Origin: the human T2T-CHM13v2.0 reference genome, Homo sapiens
Length of the DNA stretch: 64,000 nucleotides
Assembly (NCBI RefSeq): GCF_009914755.1
Contig: NC_060934.1
Strand: one strand, 5' to 3'
The translations under genes were made by a program, and so were the position numbers. The notes beneath the pieces are model-generated. The model ran no database searches, was not told the origin of the DNA, and saw only the letters and a list, made by a program, of their open reading frames with translations. Positions 39,787-55,299 of the stretch are shown piece by piece (position 1 is the first letter of the stretch; each line of letters starts with the position of its first letter).

Positions 39787-42174
39787 TGTATTAGCCCGTT
39801 CTCACACTGCTAATAAAGACATACCTGAGACCAGGCAATTTATAAAGCAAAGAGGTTTAATTGACTGACAGTTTCACAGGGCTTGAAAGGCCTCAGGAAA
39901 CTTACAATCATGGCATAAGGGAAAGCAAACATGTCCTTTTTCACATGGTGGCAGCAAGAAGTGCTGAGCAAAGTGTGGGAAAGCCCCTTATAAAACTATG
40001 AGATCTTGTGAGAACTCATTCACTATCACAAGAACAGTATGGAGGTAACCACCCCCATGATTCAACTACCTCCCACCAGGCTCCTCCTACAACACATGGG
40101 GATTAAGAGAACTACAATTCAAGATGAGATTTGAGTGGGGACAAACCATATCATTCTGCCCCTGGCTCCTCCCAAATCTCATATCCTCACATTTCAAAAC
40201 GAATCATGCCTTCCCCACAGTCCCCCAAAGTCTTAACTCATTTCAACCTTAACTGAAATGTCCACAAGGTCTCATCTGAGACAAGGCAAATCTCTTCCAT
40301 GAAGGAGCTTGGAAAATCAAAAGCAAGTTAGTTACTTCCTAGATACAATGAGGGTACAAGTATCGGGTAAATACACCCATTACAAATGGGAGAAATTGGC
40401 CAAAACAAAGGGGCTACAAGCCCCATGCAAGTCCAAAATCCAGCAAAGAAGTCAAATCTTAAAGGTCTGAAATGATCTCCTTTGACACCATGTCTCACAT
40501 CCAGGTCAAGCTGATGCAAGAGGTGGGCTCCCATGGCCTTGGATAACTCTGCCCCTGTTGCTTTGCAGGGTACAGCACCCCTCCTAACTGCTTTCACTGG
40601 TTGGTGTTGAGTGCCTGCAGCTTTTCCAGGTGCACAATGCAAGCTGTCAGTAGGTCTACTATTCTGGGGTCTGGAGGATGTGGGGTTTTTCAGTTGTGGG
40701 TTCATTAGGGCACTGCCAGTGCTCCATTAGGCCATGCCCCAGTGGGGACTTTGTGTGGGGGCTCCAACCCCACATTTTCCTTCCACACTACCCTAGCAGA
40801 GGTTCTCCATAAGGGCTCTGTCCCTGTAGTACACTTCTACCTGAGCATCCAGGCATTTCCATACATCCTCTGAAATCTAGTCAGAGGTTTCCCAACCTCA
40901 ATTCTTGACTTCTGTACACCCACAGGCCCAATACCAAAGGCTTGGGATGGCAACCTCTGAAGTAATGGCCTGAGGTGTATCTTGGCCCCTCTTAGGCACA
41001 GCTGGAGCTGAAATAGTTGGGACACAGGAAGCCAAGTTTCTAGGATGCACATAGCAAGGAGGGGGCCCTGGCCTGGCCCATAAAACCATTTTTTACTCCT
41101 AGGCCCCCAGGCCTGTGATGGGAGGGGCTGCTGCAAAGGTCTGACATGTCCTGGAGACATTTTCCCTAATTTCTTTGTGCTTAGCATTTGGCTACACATT
41201 ACCCATGCAAATTTCTGCAACAGGCTTGAATTTCTCCCATAAGATGTCTTTTTGTTTTTTATAGCATCATCGTGCCGCAAATTTTTCAAACTTTTATGTT
41301 CTGCTTCCTCTTGAATGTCTTGCCACTTAGAAATTAATTCTGCCAGGTACTTTAAATGACATCTTTCAAGTTCAAAGTTCCACAGATCTCTAGGGCAGGG
41401 GCAAAATGCCACCAGTCTCTTTGTATAGCAAGAGTGACCTTTGCTCTAGTTTTCAACAAGTTGCTCATCTCCATCTGAAACCACCACGTCAGCCTGGACC
41501 TTATTGTGCATTTCACTATTGGCATTTCGGTCAAAGCCAAGTCTCTAGGAAGTTCCAAACTTTCCCATATCTTCCTGTCTTCTGAGCCTTCCAAGTCTCT
41601 AGGAAGTTCCAAACTTTCCCATATCTTCATGTCTTCTGAGTCCTCCAAGTCTCTAGGAAGTTCTAAACTTTCACACATTTTCCTATCATCTTCTGAGCCC
41701 TCCAAACTGTTCCAACCTCTGCCTATTACCTAGTTCCAAAGTTGCTTCTACATTTTCAGGCGCTGTTTTTTAGCAGCACCTCACTACCTGGTATCAATTT
41801 ACTGTATTAGTCCATTCCCACACTACTAATAAAGACATATCCTGAACTGGGTAATTTATAAAGGAAAGAGGTTTAATTGACTTGTAGTTCTGTAGGGCTG
41901 GGGAGGCCTCAGGAAACTTATAATCATGGCAGAAGGGGAAGCACACACATCCTTCTTCACCTGGTGGCAGCAAGAAGTGCTGAGAAAAAGTGGGGATAAG
42001 CTCCTTACAAAAGCATCAGATCTCATGAGAACTTACTATCATGAGAACAGCATGGAGGTAACTGCCCCCCATGGATTCAATTACCTCCCACTGAGTCCCT
42101 CCTATGACACATAGGGATTATGGGAACTACAATTCGAGATGAGATTTGGGTGGGGACACAGCCAAATCATATTA
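39787..42174 (-). mobile_element. Complete THE1D-like MaLR element: 3'LTR 39787-40153, internal 40154-41802, 5'LTR 41803-42174
   Basis: Two similar ~370-bp LTRs (tgtattag...catat(c/t)a); internal decayed MaLR ORF (FCPCPRDLWNFELER; WESLELPRDL). Confidence 0.93.
41538..41704. repeat. Three tandem ~54-bp copies in the THE1 internal region
   Basis: ccaagtctctaggaagttccaaactttcccatatcttc... x3; in-frame ESLELPRDL x3. Confidence 0.9.
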
Positions 42175-42795
42175 CTTCAGAAAAATAAAACCTCTTTCTA
42201 CATAAGCATTCAATCACTCAGAACAAAAGTACATTTTCCTACTCTCCTTGTAGGTATTTGGGTACATGTAACAAAGGTCTGGACAAAGCATGCAAGCAGA
42301 ACAATCATATGTGACTTCCAGAGTGAAAGAGGAGTATGTCTTTTCTTTCCTCCTTGTGCCCTCTTATATTGAAATGTGATAAGGTGCCTAGACCTTGCAT
42401 AGCCATCTTAGTCCATGCAGTGATGACTAGAATATAGGCTAACCATGTGCCTGTTAATTCAGTTAATAGATACACTTATGTAACATGGAAAAGTGAATGA
42501 TTAGCAAGATAATGTAAAGCAGACACTTATTTCTCAGTTTCTCTAACATATCTTGTGAATATGTTTATATGGGGGAATATTAAAAGATTCAAACACTTGT
42601 TTCAGATCTATCTTTCAAGTCATGTTGTTGGACAATATGCCAGGCAATCAGACAAATATTTACTCAGAAATGAGATATCTAAGTAATGCCTATTTTCTTC
42701 ATCCAAAAGAATCTTTTATCCACATAGAGAGCTTGCTCTTCAGTACACTAGACAGTAATCTTAAATATAATTCCACATAAGCTCATGATACTCAC

Positions 42796-42966
42796 ATTGG
42801 TACCAAATGCAGCTGCCAATATTCCTGAGATTCAAAACTTTCTGGCTATCTCTCCTTTTCAATCCATCAAACAATACATCATGAGAGTTCAAATAATTAG
42901 TGCCCATATTTTCTTGAAATTATGTAGAATACTGATAAAAGATATGAGAAATATGATGAAAGGGAA
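42796..42966 (-). other. Candidate 171-nt spliced exon in unique sequence
   Basis: Minus-strand acceptor ctctgctgtgttttttcag and donor AAT|gtgagt; no expression evidence. Confidence 0.3.
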
Positions 42967-43035
42967 CTGAAAAAACACAGCAGAGAATCCAGAGTTACAT
43001 CTCATGGAAAAAAATAAAACTTTAAAAATGGTCAT

Positions 43036-44088
43036 GGGAGGGTCACTTCCAAGATGGCCCAATAGGAACAGCTCCAGTCTGCAGCTCCCAGCAAGATCAA
43101 CATAGAAGATCACAGAAGTGATTTCTGCATTTCCAACTGAGGTACCTGGTTTGTGTCATTGGGATTGGTTGGACAGTGGGTGCAGCCCAAGGAGGGCAAG
43201 CAGAAGCAGGGTGGGGCATTGCCTCACCAGGGAAGCACAAGGGGTTGGGGGATTTCCGTTTCCTAGCCAAGGGAAGCCAGGACAGACTGTACCTGGAGAA
43301 ACAGTACACTCCTGACCAAATACTGCACTTTTCCCACAGTCTTAGCAACCAGCAGACCAGGAGATACCCTCCCATGCCTGGCTCAGTGGGTCCCACACCC
43401 ACAGAGCCTTGCTCATTGCTAGCACAGCAGTCTGAGATCAACCTGGGACACGAGAGCTTGGCAGGGGGAGAGGCGTTCACCATTGCTCAGGCTAAAGTAG
43501 CTCACAGTGTAAACAAAGAGGCCGGGAAGCACAAACTGGGCAGAGCCCACCACAGCTCACCAATGCCTACTGCCTCTATAGATTCCACCTCTGGGGGCAG
43601 GGCATAGTAGAACAAAAGGCAGCAGACAGCTTCTGTAGACTTAAATGTCCCTGTCTGACAGATCTGAAGAAAGCAGTGGTTCTCTCACCATGGCGTTCGA
43701 GCTCCAAGAAAAGACAGACTGCCTCCTCAAGCAGGTCCCTGACCCCCATGTAGCCCAACTGGGAAAGACCTCCCAGCCTCCCAGTAGGGGCTGACAGACA
43801 CCTCAAACAGGTGGGTGCCCCTCTTGGATGAATCTTCCAGAGGAAGGATCAGGCAGCAATCTTTGCTGTTCTACAGCCTCCGCTGGTGATACCCAGGCAA
43901 AAAGGCTCTGGAGAGGACCTCCAGCAAACTCCAACAGACCTGCAGCTGAAGGGTCTGACTGTTAGAAGGAAAACTAACAAACAAAAGGGAATAGCATCAA
44001 CATCAACAAAAAGGATATCCACAACAAAACCTCATCTGTAGGTCACCAACACCAACATCAAAGACCAAAGGTAGATAAAACCACAAAG
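43036..44088 (+). promoter_or_regulatory. L1 5'UTR (sense/antisense promoter region), CpG-depleted, YY1-type CAAGATGGC at 43050-43058
   Basis: Position and motif; activity unknown. Confidence 0.6.
43097..43483 (-). CDS. ORF0: L1 antisense ORF0 homologue, open for 128 codons
   Basis: MVNASPPAKLSCPRLISDCCASNEQGSVGVGPTEPG matches the ORF0 N-terminal LISDCCASN..SVGVGP.EPG motif; true ATG in GCAATGG context; translation unproven. Confidence 0.55.
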   Translation of the reverse strand: MVNASPPAKLSCPRLISDCCASNEQGSVGVGPTEPGMGGYLLVCWLLRLWEKCSIWSGVYCFSRYSLSWLPLARKRKSPNPLCFPGEAMPHPASACPPWAAPTVQPIPMTQTRYLSWKCRNHFCDLLC

Positions 44089-45098
44089 ATGGGGAGAAGC
44101 CACAGCAGAAAAGCTGAAAAGCCAAAAAACAGAGCATCTCTTCTCCAAAGGATCGCAGCTCCTCGCCAGGAAGGGAACAAGACCGGACAGAGAATGAGTT
44201 TGATGAGTTGACAGAAGTAGACAATAGAAGGTCAGTAATAACAAACTTCTCTGAGCTAAAGAAGCATGTTCTAACCCATCCCAAGGAAGCTAAAAACTTT
44301 GAAAAAAGGTTAGATGAATGGCTAACTAGAATAAAAAATATAGAGAAGACCTTAAATTACCTGAAGTAGCTGAAAAACACAGCACGAGAACTTTGTGATG
44401 CATGCACAAGCTTCAATAGCTGATTTGATCAAGTGGGAGAAAGGATATTAGTGACTGAAGATCAAATTAATGAAATAAAGTGAGAAGACAAGATTAGAGA
44501 AAAAAGAGTGAAAGGAAATGAACAAAGCCTCCAAGAAATATGGGACTATGTGAAAAGACAAAATATAGGTTTGATTGGTGTACCAGAAAGTGACGGGGAG
44601 AATGGAACCAAGTTGGAAAACACTCTTCAGGATATTATCCAGGAGAACTTCCATAACCTAGAAAGGCAGACCAATATTCAAATTCAGGAAATACAGAGAA
44701 CACCAGAAAGATACTCCTTGAGAAGAGCAACCCCAAGACACATAATTGCCAGATTCAACAAGGTTGAAATGAAGGAAAAAATGTTAAGCGCAGCCAGAAA
44801 GAAAGGTCGGGTTACCCACAAGGGGAAGCCCATCAGACTAACAGCAGATCTCTTGACAGAAACACTACAAGTCAGATAAGAGTGGGGACTAATATTCAAC
44901 ATTCTTAAAGAAAAGAATTTTCAACCCAGAATCTCATATCCAGCCAAACTAAGCTTCATAAACGAAGGAATAATAGACAAGCAAATGCTGAGAGATTTTG
45001 TCACCACCAGGCCTCACTTACAAGAGTTCCTGAAGGAAGCACTCCACATGGAAAGGAACAACTGGTACCAGCCACTGCAAAACCATGCCAAATGGTAA
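44089..45098 (+). pseudogene. L1 ORF1, disrupted
   Basis: ATG at 44089; NEQSLQEIWDYVKR and RATPRHII motifs; stops and frameshifts. Confidence 0.92.
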
Positions 45099-45161
45099 AG
45101 ACCATCGATGCTATGAAGAAACTGCATCAATTAATGGGTAAAATAACCAGCTAACATCATA

Positions 45162-48969
<3,808 letters not shown>

Positions 48970-49639
48970 ACAATGAGAACACATGGACACAGGGCAAGGA
49001 ACATCACACACTAGGGCCTGGCCTGTCCCCAGATGGGGGCCTGGGGGAGGGATAGCATTAGGAGAAATACCTAATGTACATGATGAGTTGATGGGTGCAG
49101 CAAACCAACATGGCACATATGTGTCTATGTAACAAACTTGCACATTGTACACATGTACCCTAGAACTTAAAGTATAATTTTTTAAAATGGTCATAATATA
49201 TGTATTTGAATCATGAGAGTATAAAACATTATCACTTAACCTCAATGTTACTTAATGACATAGATAGCATTTATCTCTCCACCATCTCACTGAATGGAAT
49301 ACCATTCAGAGAGATAAGAGCAAAAGGATATCCTGTCCTCATTGTCTGGAATATTGTATCCAGAACAGTCTGAAATACACTTTTCAAAAATGAGTCATCC
49401 TTTAATGAGTAAATTAATCAGAGGAAAAGTCATGGAACAACCAGAATTTTTTTTATTCCAAATACCTTACACAAATGCCTGCAATACAGTCAGTTTTCAT
49501 TCATTATTTGTAGAAAGGTTGAGTTACAGAGCCAAATAAGCAAGTGCCAAAGAATCTCAAGTGCATGGATGTGGGTCAGTCAAAAGTTTACGTAAGAGCT
49601 GTCCATGAAAGTACATTTGTCAAATAAGCAAGAATCAAA

Positions 49640-49828
49640 GTTAAGAGTCAGGAATACGATCGTAGCAATGTCTTATACTATGCACTACTTCATTTATCCC
49701 TGCAATTGCTCCATCAACTCATACTCTCATTCCCATTTCAAAGATGAGAAAACTGAACCGTTGAAGGGTTATGAATTTGCCCAGCCTCACACAGGTTGTC
49801 AGAATTGCAATCCCTATGATAATACTGT
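49640..49828 (-). mobile_element. MIR SINE
   Basis: ttcccatttcaaagatgagaaaactga...ggttatgaatttgcccagcctcacac. Confidence 0.7.
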
Positions 49829-49909
49829 GTTGGGGCTCAGAAACCAATACCCCCAAAAAAGGCATTTTTGTTCCTGGAGAGAGCAGATGTCCAGTTCTTG
49901 TCTAACTTG

Positions 49910-50541
49910 TGTCAGATGTTTGAACAAAAGCCACTCTGTCTTGAATAGGGGCTGGGTAATATGGGGCTAGGACCTGCTGGGCAACATTCCCAAGAGGTCA
50001 GGCATTCTTAGTCACAGGATGAAATAGGAGGTTGCGGGACTGGTATCACAAAATACAGGTCATAAAGACCCTCCTGGTAAAACAGGAAGGGCAAAGAAGC
50101 CAGCAAAAACCCACCAAAGCCAACATGGCTACTAAAGTGACCTCTAGTCATGCTCACTGCTCATTATATGTTACTTATAATGCATCAGCATGCTAAAGAC
50201 ACTCCCATCAGCCCATGACAGTTTACAAATGCCACGGCAATGTTAGGAAGTTACCCTATATAGTCTAAAAGTGGGAGGAAACCTCAGTTCCAGGAATTGC
50301 CCACCCCTTTCCTGGAAAACTCATAAATAATCCCCCCCTTGTTTACCATATGATCAATAAATAACCATAAAAATAGCCAACCAGCAGCCCGGAGGGTTTA
50401 TGGAGTAGCCATTCTTTTGTTCCTTTGCTTCTCTAATAAATTTGCTTTTACTTCATTCTATTGACTTGCCCCAAATTCATTCTCGTGCAAGATCCAATAT
50501 CCCTCTCTTGGGGTCTGGATTGGGGCCCCTTTCTGGTAACA
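49910..50541 (+). mobile_element. MER41B-like solo LTR
   Basis: TGTCAG...GTAACA, 632 bp, TSD CTTG (49906-49909, 50542-50545), MER41 consensus motifs. Confidence 0.92.
50288..50317. promoter_or_regulatory. Tandem GAS (STAT) motifs TTCCAGGAA and TTCCTGGAA
   Basis: Both fit TTCN3GAA (50288-50296, 50309-50317) at the MER41B consensus position. Confidence 0.6.
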
Positions 50542-52863
50542 CTTGAAAGAAAAAAATTCAACTAAGACACAGGACAAAGATAGCAGATAATTTTATTGAA
50601 TAGAAATATCATTTAAAGAGCTTCTTGTAGAAAAAAAGAGATGTGCCCCAAGGCAGGAGCAGAATGATCCTGTAGGAAAACAGCACCAAGTGACCTGTGC
50701 AGGGAGTTTAATCACGTCAAACTTTCTTCAAATTCCTTCTTCTGTCTCAAGTCTCCACCCTTTCCTTTGTCTAATTTTTCCTGCTTCAGCCTTAAATCCC
50801 TGCCTTTGCCTCACCTAGGCTTGTGGGACCCTAATTTACTGTTGGTTAATGTGCATGTGCAGGGCTGGTGATCAACAGAATTCCTGCCTGATGGTGGCCC
50901 TGCTCATTACCCCCACCCCATGAAAGTTATGTAGCAATCAAATCTATACCTAGCGTGCTTGGGTATCTCTTTGAAATTGTCTTATCTGTTCTAATCTATA
51001 TTTATGGTGTCAGGGTTTTCTTAGGAATGTCCCTTTCGCCCTTTTTATAAGCATGTAGCTAGAGATATTCTGACATTTTAACAGTAGAATGAATGATTAC
51101 TGGGGCATCTTACGAGGGGTTCTGGGGGATTTCTTTCTTCCTATGTACCTCCTTTCCTTCTTACCCACATTTGACTAAGTGCTCACTCACTCCAGCAAAC
51201 CTTTCATAAGCAAATTTTGGGTGGTCCCTCGGGAATGAGCCTTCCCAGACTTTTCCTTTCTCAGGGGCTCTCCTTGCCTACTCGTGTCTTGCTATTTTAG
51301 CAATTTCTTCACTTTGATTGAAAGAGAAATGAAATACCTACCTTCTCCAGGTCTCTCTGACCTCCTCCCACCCCCATGGTCTCTCCTATATTGTTGAAGT
51401 TCATTTACCTGCCTAATATCCAAACCGACCAAGGAGAACAATTGTTTTTTCTTTCCCTCCTTATCTCATTATCAATTGCAGAAAAGACCAAGACTACAGC
51501 CACAGCTGAACAGGCTCTTTTACAAGTATAATGACTACCTCAAGAATCATTTACATTCCAAAGAGAACTATTTGCAAGTTAATCTCTGATTCTGGATTCA
51601 TTCATTCTCCCTAGTAATCCCCTCAACACTCCTATTTTACCCATAACCTATTTTACCAGGATTCAAGCCCTGTTGTTTCTATAACTTCAAGATGGTATAT
51701 AAGCTTATCTACCTCGTTAGGAAGTTAAGCCTTCATTGTGAAGTCTTCCACATATATATGTTAAATAAATTTTTATGCCTTTTATCCTACTATCTACTTC
51801 ATGTCAGTGATTTTTCAGTGAGCCTTTGGACAGCCAAGAGACTGAATCATAATAACAACAAAAGCAAGAGCAAGTAACAAGGTAGACACAGATTTGCAAA
51901 GATCAAGTCAATTCTTTAGTGATTTTTGACATAACTAATAAAAATGCCAAAGACCCATTGTTTAAATTCTGAATAATTTGTCACTGCACTTCCAGACTAG
52001 ACTATGCTCTTCCAGACTGAACTAACAATAGATTTGAAAAACTTATAACTAAGCATATTATTTTAGCAATGTTTTCAGTCTGGTTGAAATAGAAATGAAT
52101 TACCTTCTAAGCAATGTTCAAAATATTCAAATTAGTTTAATGAGTTGCAATGAAATCCCTTTAAAATGTATTAAAGCACAATTCAGACAAGCTTATTACT
52201 TGCTTAGCAATGTAACAATTGTTGGCTGATTTAATAAGTACTGTACTGTATTTCCCTTGTATTTATTTACTGATATAGGACTTAAGAAGGAATTACTTGG
52301 GCAGATACCAAGGGTATGGGAGTCCTCATTAAGGCTTTTACTTTTAACAAACAGCAGCCCCAAATCATTTTCTAGCAAACAGTATTTTCTAGCAAACTGG
52401 GAGCTTGCACAGGTGAATGCCAGCAGGAACTAAGGACTAGACATTTTCAAAATGGCGGCTCTATCTTCCCTTCTCTGCCAGCCATGTGTATTATAAGAAA
52501 CAGACAAGATGGTGGTGCTGATCAACTAGAAAGCCCCATTTGCGTAAGAGGATTAGGGTGAGGCAATCAGCCTTCCCTGAGTGCTATGTGAACGTCATAC
52601 CTGATCAACCCAATCTGCGAGTCTTACATAAATCAGACACTGCCTCCTCAAATGGACTATAAAACTCAGTGCATTCATTGCCAGCTGGTCCTCTCTCTGC
52701 TCAGAGATCCCTTCCTCTATAGAAGAAGCTGTTTCTCTTTCTCTTTTCTTCTACCTATTCGACCTCTGCTCCTAAACTCCTCATGTGTGTCTGTGTCCTA
52801 AATTTTCCCAGAGCATGACAATGAACCCAGTTTTATACTCCAAACAGCATAGCCACTTCATAA

Positions 52864-52881
52864 TGGGGGTTTGTCCGGGAT
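52864..52881 (+). other. Retroviral primer-binding site for tRNA-Pro
   Basis: TGGGGGTTTGTCCGGGAT, 16/18 to TGGGGGCTCGTCCGGGAT, 3 nt after the LTR end. Confidence 0.88.
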
Positions 52882-53352
52882 ACTAAGGTACAATATTCAT
52901 TGAAATGGTGAGTAGAGGAGCGGACTCCAACTCTGTCCTTTCATTCAGAGGCTCTCGGCCTCCATTTTAGACCTTTCACTGAGGACTTAGCTGTTGCATG
53001 GGACTGGAAGAAGTCCTGGGGCAACTCAGGATTTCTGGCCAGGGCCACCCCCAGGTGTGTTATCCAAAGGCTTCTGAACTGACTCCAGCCTCCAACCACC
53101 CCAACGGAGTGTTGGCAACAGGATCTCCAACTTTCCTATCATAATTTCCTCCTTTCCAGTCCATGACCTTTATATCTCATATCCTCTCTGTGTGGATAAG
53201 ATGTGTGGGAAATTTTACAGTTCAGGAAAGTAATCTTGTTTAGCAACATCAGGGAATGTCATAGTAACTGGGAATATAACTCAAGGGAAGTTGTGTTTGT
53301 GATTTCCTAGGAACAGAGGGTTCTCCCCACGCCCACAAGTGAGCATCTCTGT

Positions 53353-53520
53353 CTCTCTCAGCCCTTGGTCTGGAGAGCATATGGCATTGCCAGATCTCTC
53401 TCTGCCCTTGGTGTGGAAAGTGCATGGCATTTCCAGGCCTCTCTCTGCCCTTGGTATGGAAAGCACATGACATTTCCAGGTCTCTCTCTGCCCTTGGTCT
53501 GGAGAGCTCATGGTGTCTCA
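53353..53520. repeat. Four tandem 43-bp copies in the proviral leader
   Basis: gcccttggt recurs at 53361, 53404, 53447 and 53490. Confidence 0.92.
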
Positions 53521-54264
53521 AGGCCAACAACTCCACTTAGTGGAATAGGGATCCTCTCCGAGAGGCACGTTTTTGGTCCTTTACCAAAACAACCTAGCTT
53601 TCCAATTCCCTTCTCTTTCTGGTCCTCTCTACTAGAAACCAGGCTTTATGCTGCCTCTGTAAATGGGAAAATTCTACCTTCAACAACTAGGAGTAAAATA
53701 TCCTCCGAAGCCAAATCTTAGTCTTGATACTGTCCCATCAGCAGGAAAATAGTCATTCAGTCCCTATGTTCTTTTAAGGCACCTATTCTGCCCCCAATTA
53801 GAGTGGTACTTAATTACTAAGGTGATTTTAGTTCTGAAGTTAATAGGAACCATTCTGTAAGGGTAAATACTTTAGCTCAAGCCATAATAGCAGGATATAG
53901 AGTTCAATCTAGCACTCCTCCTTCATTACAGAGGCCTTGCCCAACTATTATATAGTTTTTCTTGAGATCTAGTTTTTGGGGAGCCAGGCAGGTCACACAA
54001 GTCTAGGAAGTCAAAGGAGAATCACAGGCAGAGAACTAGAGCCACTTGCATGAGCATGATTAACGCCAATCACTTACTTCCTCTGGTTCCATGGCTGGGG
54101 GTTATCCCTGAAACCATGGGTGGTATGTTCAACAAGGTGCCAGGACCCAGGAACCACAGAGGCAAAATAGCAAGAGGGATACCCCCACTGTTTTCCTCTT
54201 TACCCTGGGCCACACCAAAAGGAAGGAGACTAAAGGGACTAATTTTTCTTGCTTTTCTTTCTAG

Positions 54265-54920
54265 ATAGGTACCATCTTCAGCCTGTACTCCCCTGGAGTG
54301 CATTATGAAGCACAAGGACTCCTTTGACCCTGAGATTTTAAAGACAAAAGTGGCTCATTTTCTTTTGCACGAGGGCATAGCCTTTTTACCAGATCTTTGC
54401 AAGCATTACAAAATCAACTCAGGCCTTTTAGCAATCAGATCAGGCAGGCCCAAAGAGAACAATTCCCCAAAAATTAGAAAAGCAACTTCCAAGGCAACCA
54501 TCTGAGACAGCTATTGGGTGTCCCAGCCCTTCAAGCCCCTCTTATCTGGAGTCACCTCAAACCACACCACCAGCTTTTCCACCTCCACTATATCCAAAAT
54601 TTCCCACTCCCCTACCTTTGCTCTTACCCCTATAGGAAATTCCCAATGGAGGTGATGCCACTAGGGTTCAAGTTCCCTTCTCATTGCAGGTCCTTAGGCA
54701 AATAAAAGGAGGCTTAGTCTGATTTTCTGAAGATCCTGATAGGTATATAGAAGCTTTCCAAAATTTAACTCAGGTGTTTGACCTCTCGTGAAGGGTGAGC
54801 AATATGTCTCCTATAATAGGCCTGAAAGGAAAAAGAAAATGAGGAAGGGAAACAAATAAGAAAAACACCATTCCCAATAGGAAGAGAGGCAGTACCTCTT
54901 GATGACCCTAATTGGTGCCC
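54265..54920 (+). pseudogene. gag: ERV1 gag remnant (MA and CA N-terminus)
   Basis: TPLECIMKHKDSFDPEILK; RVQVPFSL..RQIKG..FSEDPDRYIEAFQNLTQVFDLS, HERV-W/ERV9-like motifs; stops and frameshifts. Confidence 0.8.
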
Positions 54921-55299
54921 CCAGACTTTTCTATGGTGTTTTTCCTTCTTTCAAGGTTTACAATGGCTCCTATCTCTTCTTTTATAATGTTCCTCCAAAC
55001 TAGGAAAAGTGAATTTCCCCAAACCTTAAAATGCTTGGCTTAGAGTTGAGCTGGGGGAAGGGAACCCAGAGGCCTGACATGCTGGCAAAAAGGTAAAAGG
55101 TTTTGTTTGTTTGTTTTTTTAACTAGCCAAGTTTTGGCTTCTCTCTACCCACGCAAACTGGAAAAAGGGATAATAAGGATCATTGTTTATATTCTCTGTA
55201 AAATTGTAATAAAAAAAGATTTGTGAGGTTGGTCTTAAGCTGTAGCCAGTCTGTTGTGCTTCATGTGTCTTTCTGTATGGTTCTGTCAAAAGAAGGAGT

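Larger units (their letters stand above)
49869..51302 (-). mobile_element. ERV1 (MER4-group) LTR, family unresolved, split by MER41
   Basis: TG...CA termini; tttatt near 50592; sequence continuous across the MER41 TSD (tctaacttg|aaagaaaa). Confidence 0.6.
49829..51845 (+). mobile_element. MER39-like ERV1 LTR split by nested LTRs (49829-49868 and about 51303-51845)
   Basis: Start tgttggggctcagaaaccaatacccc; body ccaaagagaactattt...tcaagatggtatataagctt...aataaa. Confidence 0.72.

Noticed and set aside
40055-42085. DUX4-type sites in the THE1 LTRs
   Set aside because: The expected TGATTCAATTA is altered in both LTRs (tgattcaacta, ggattcaatta)
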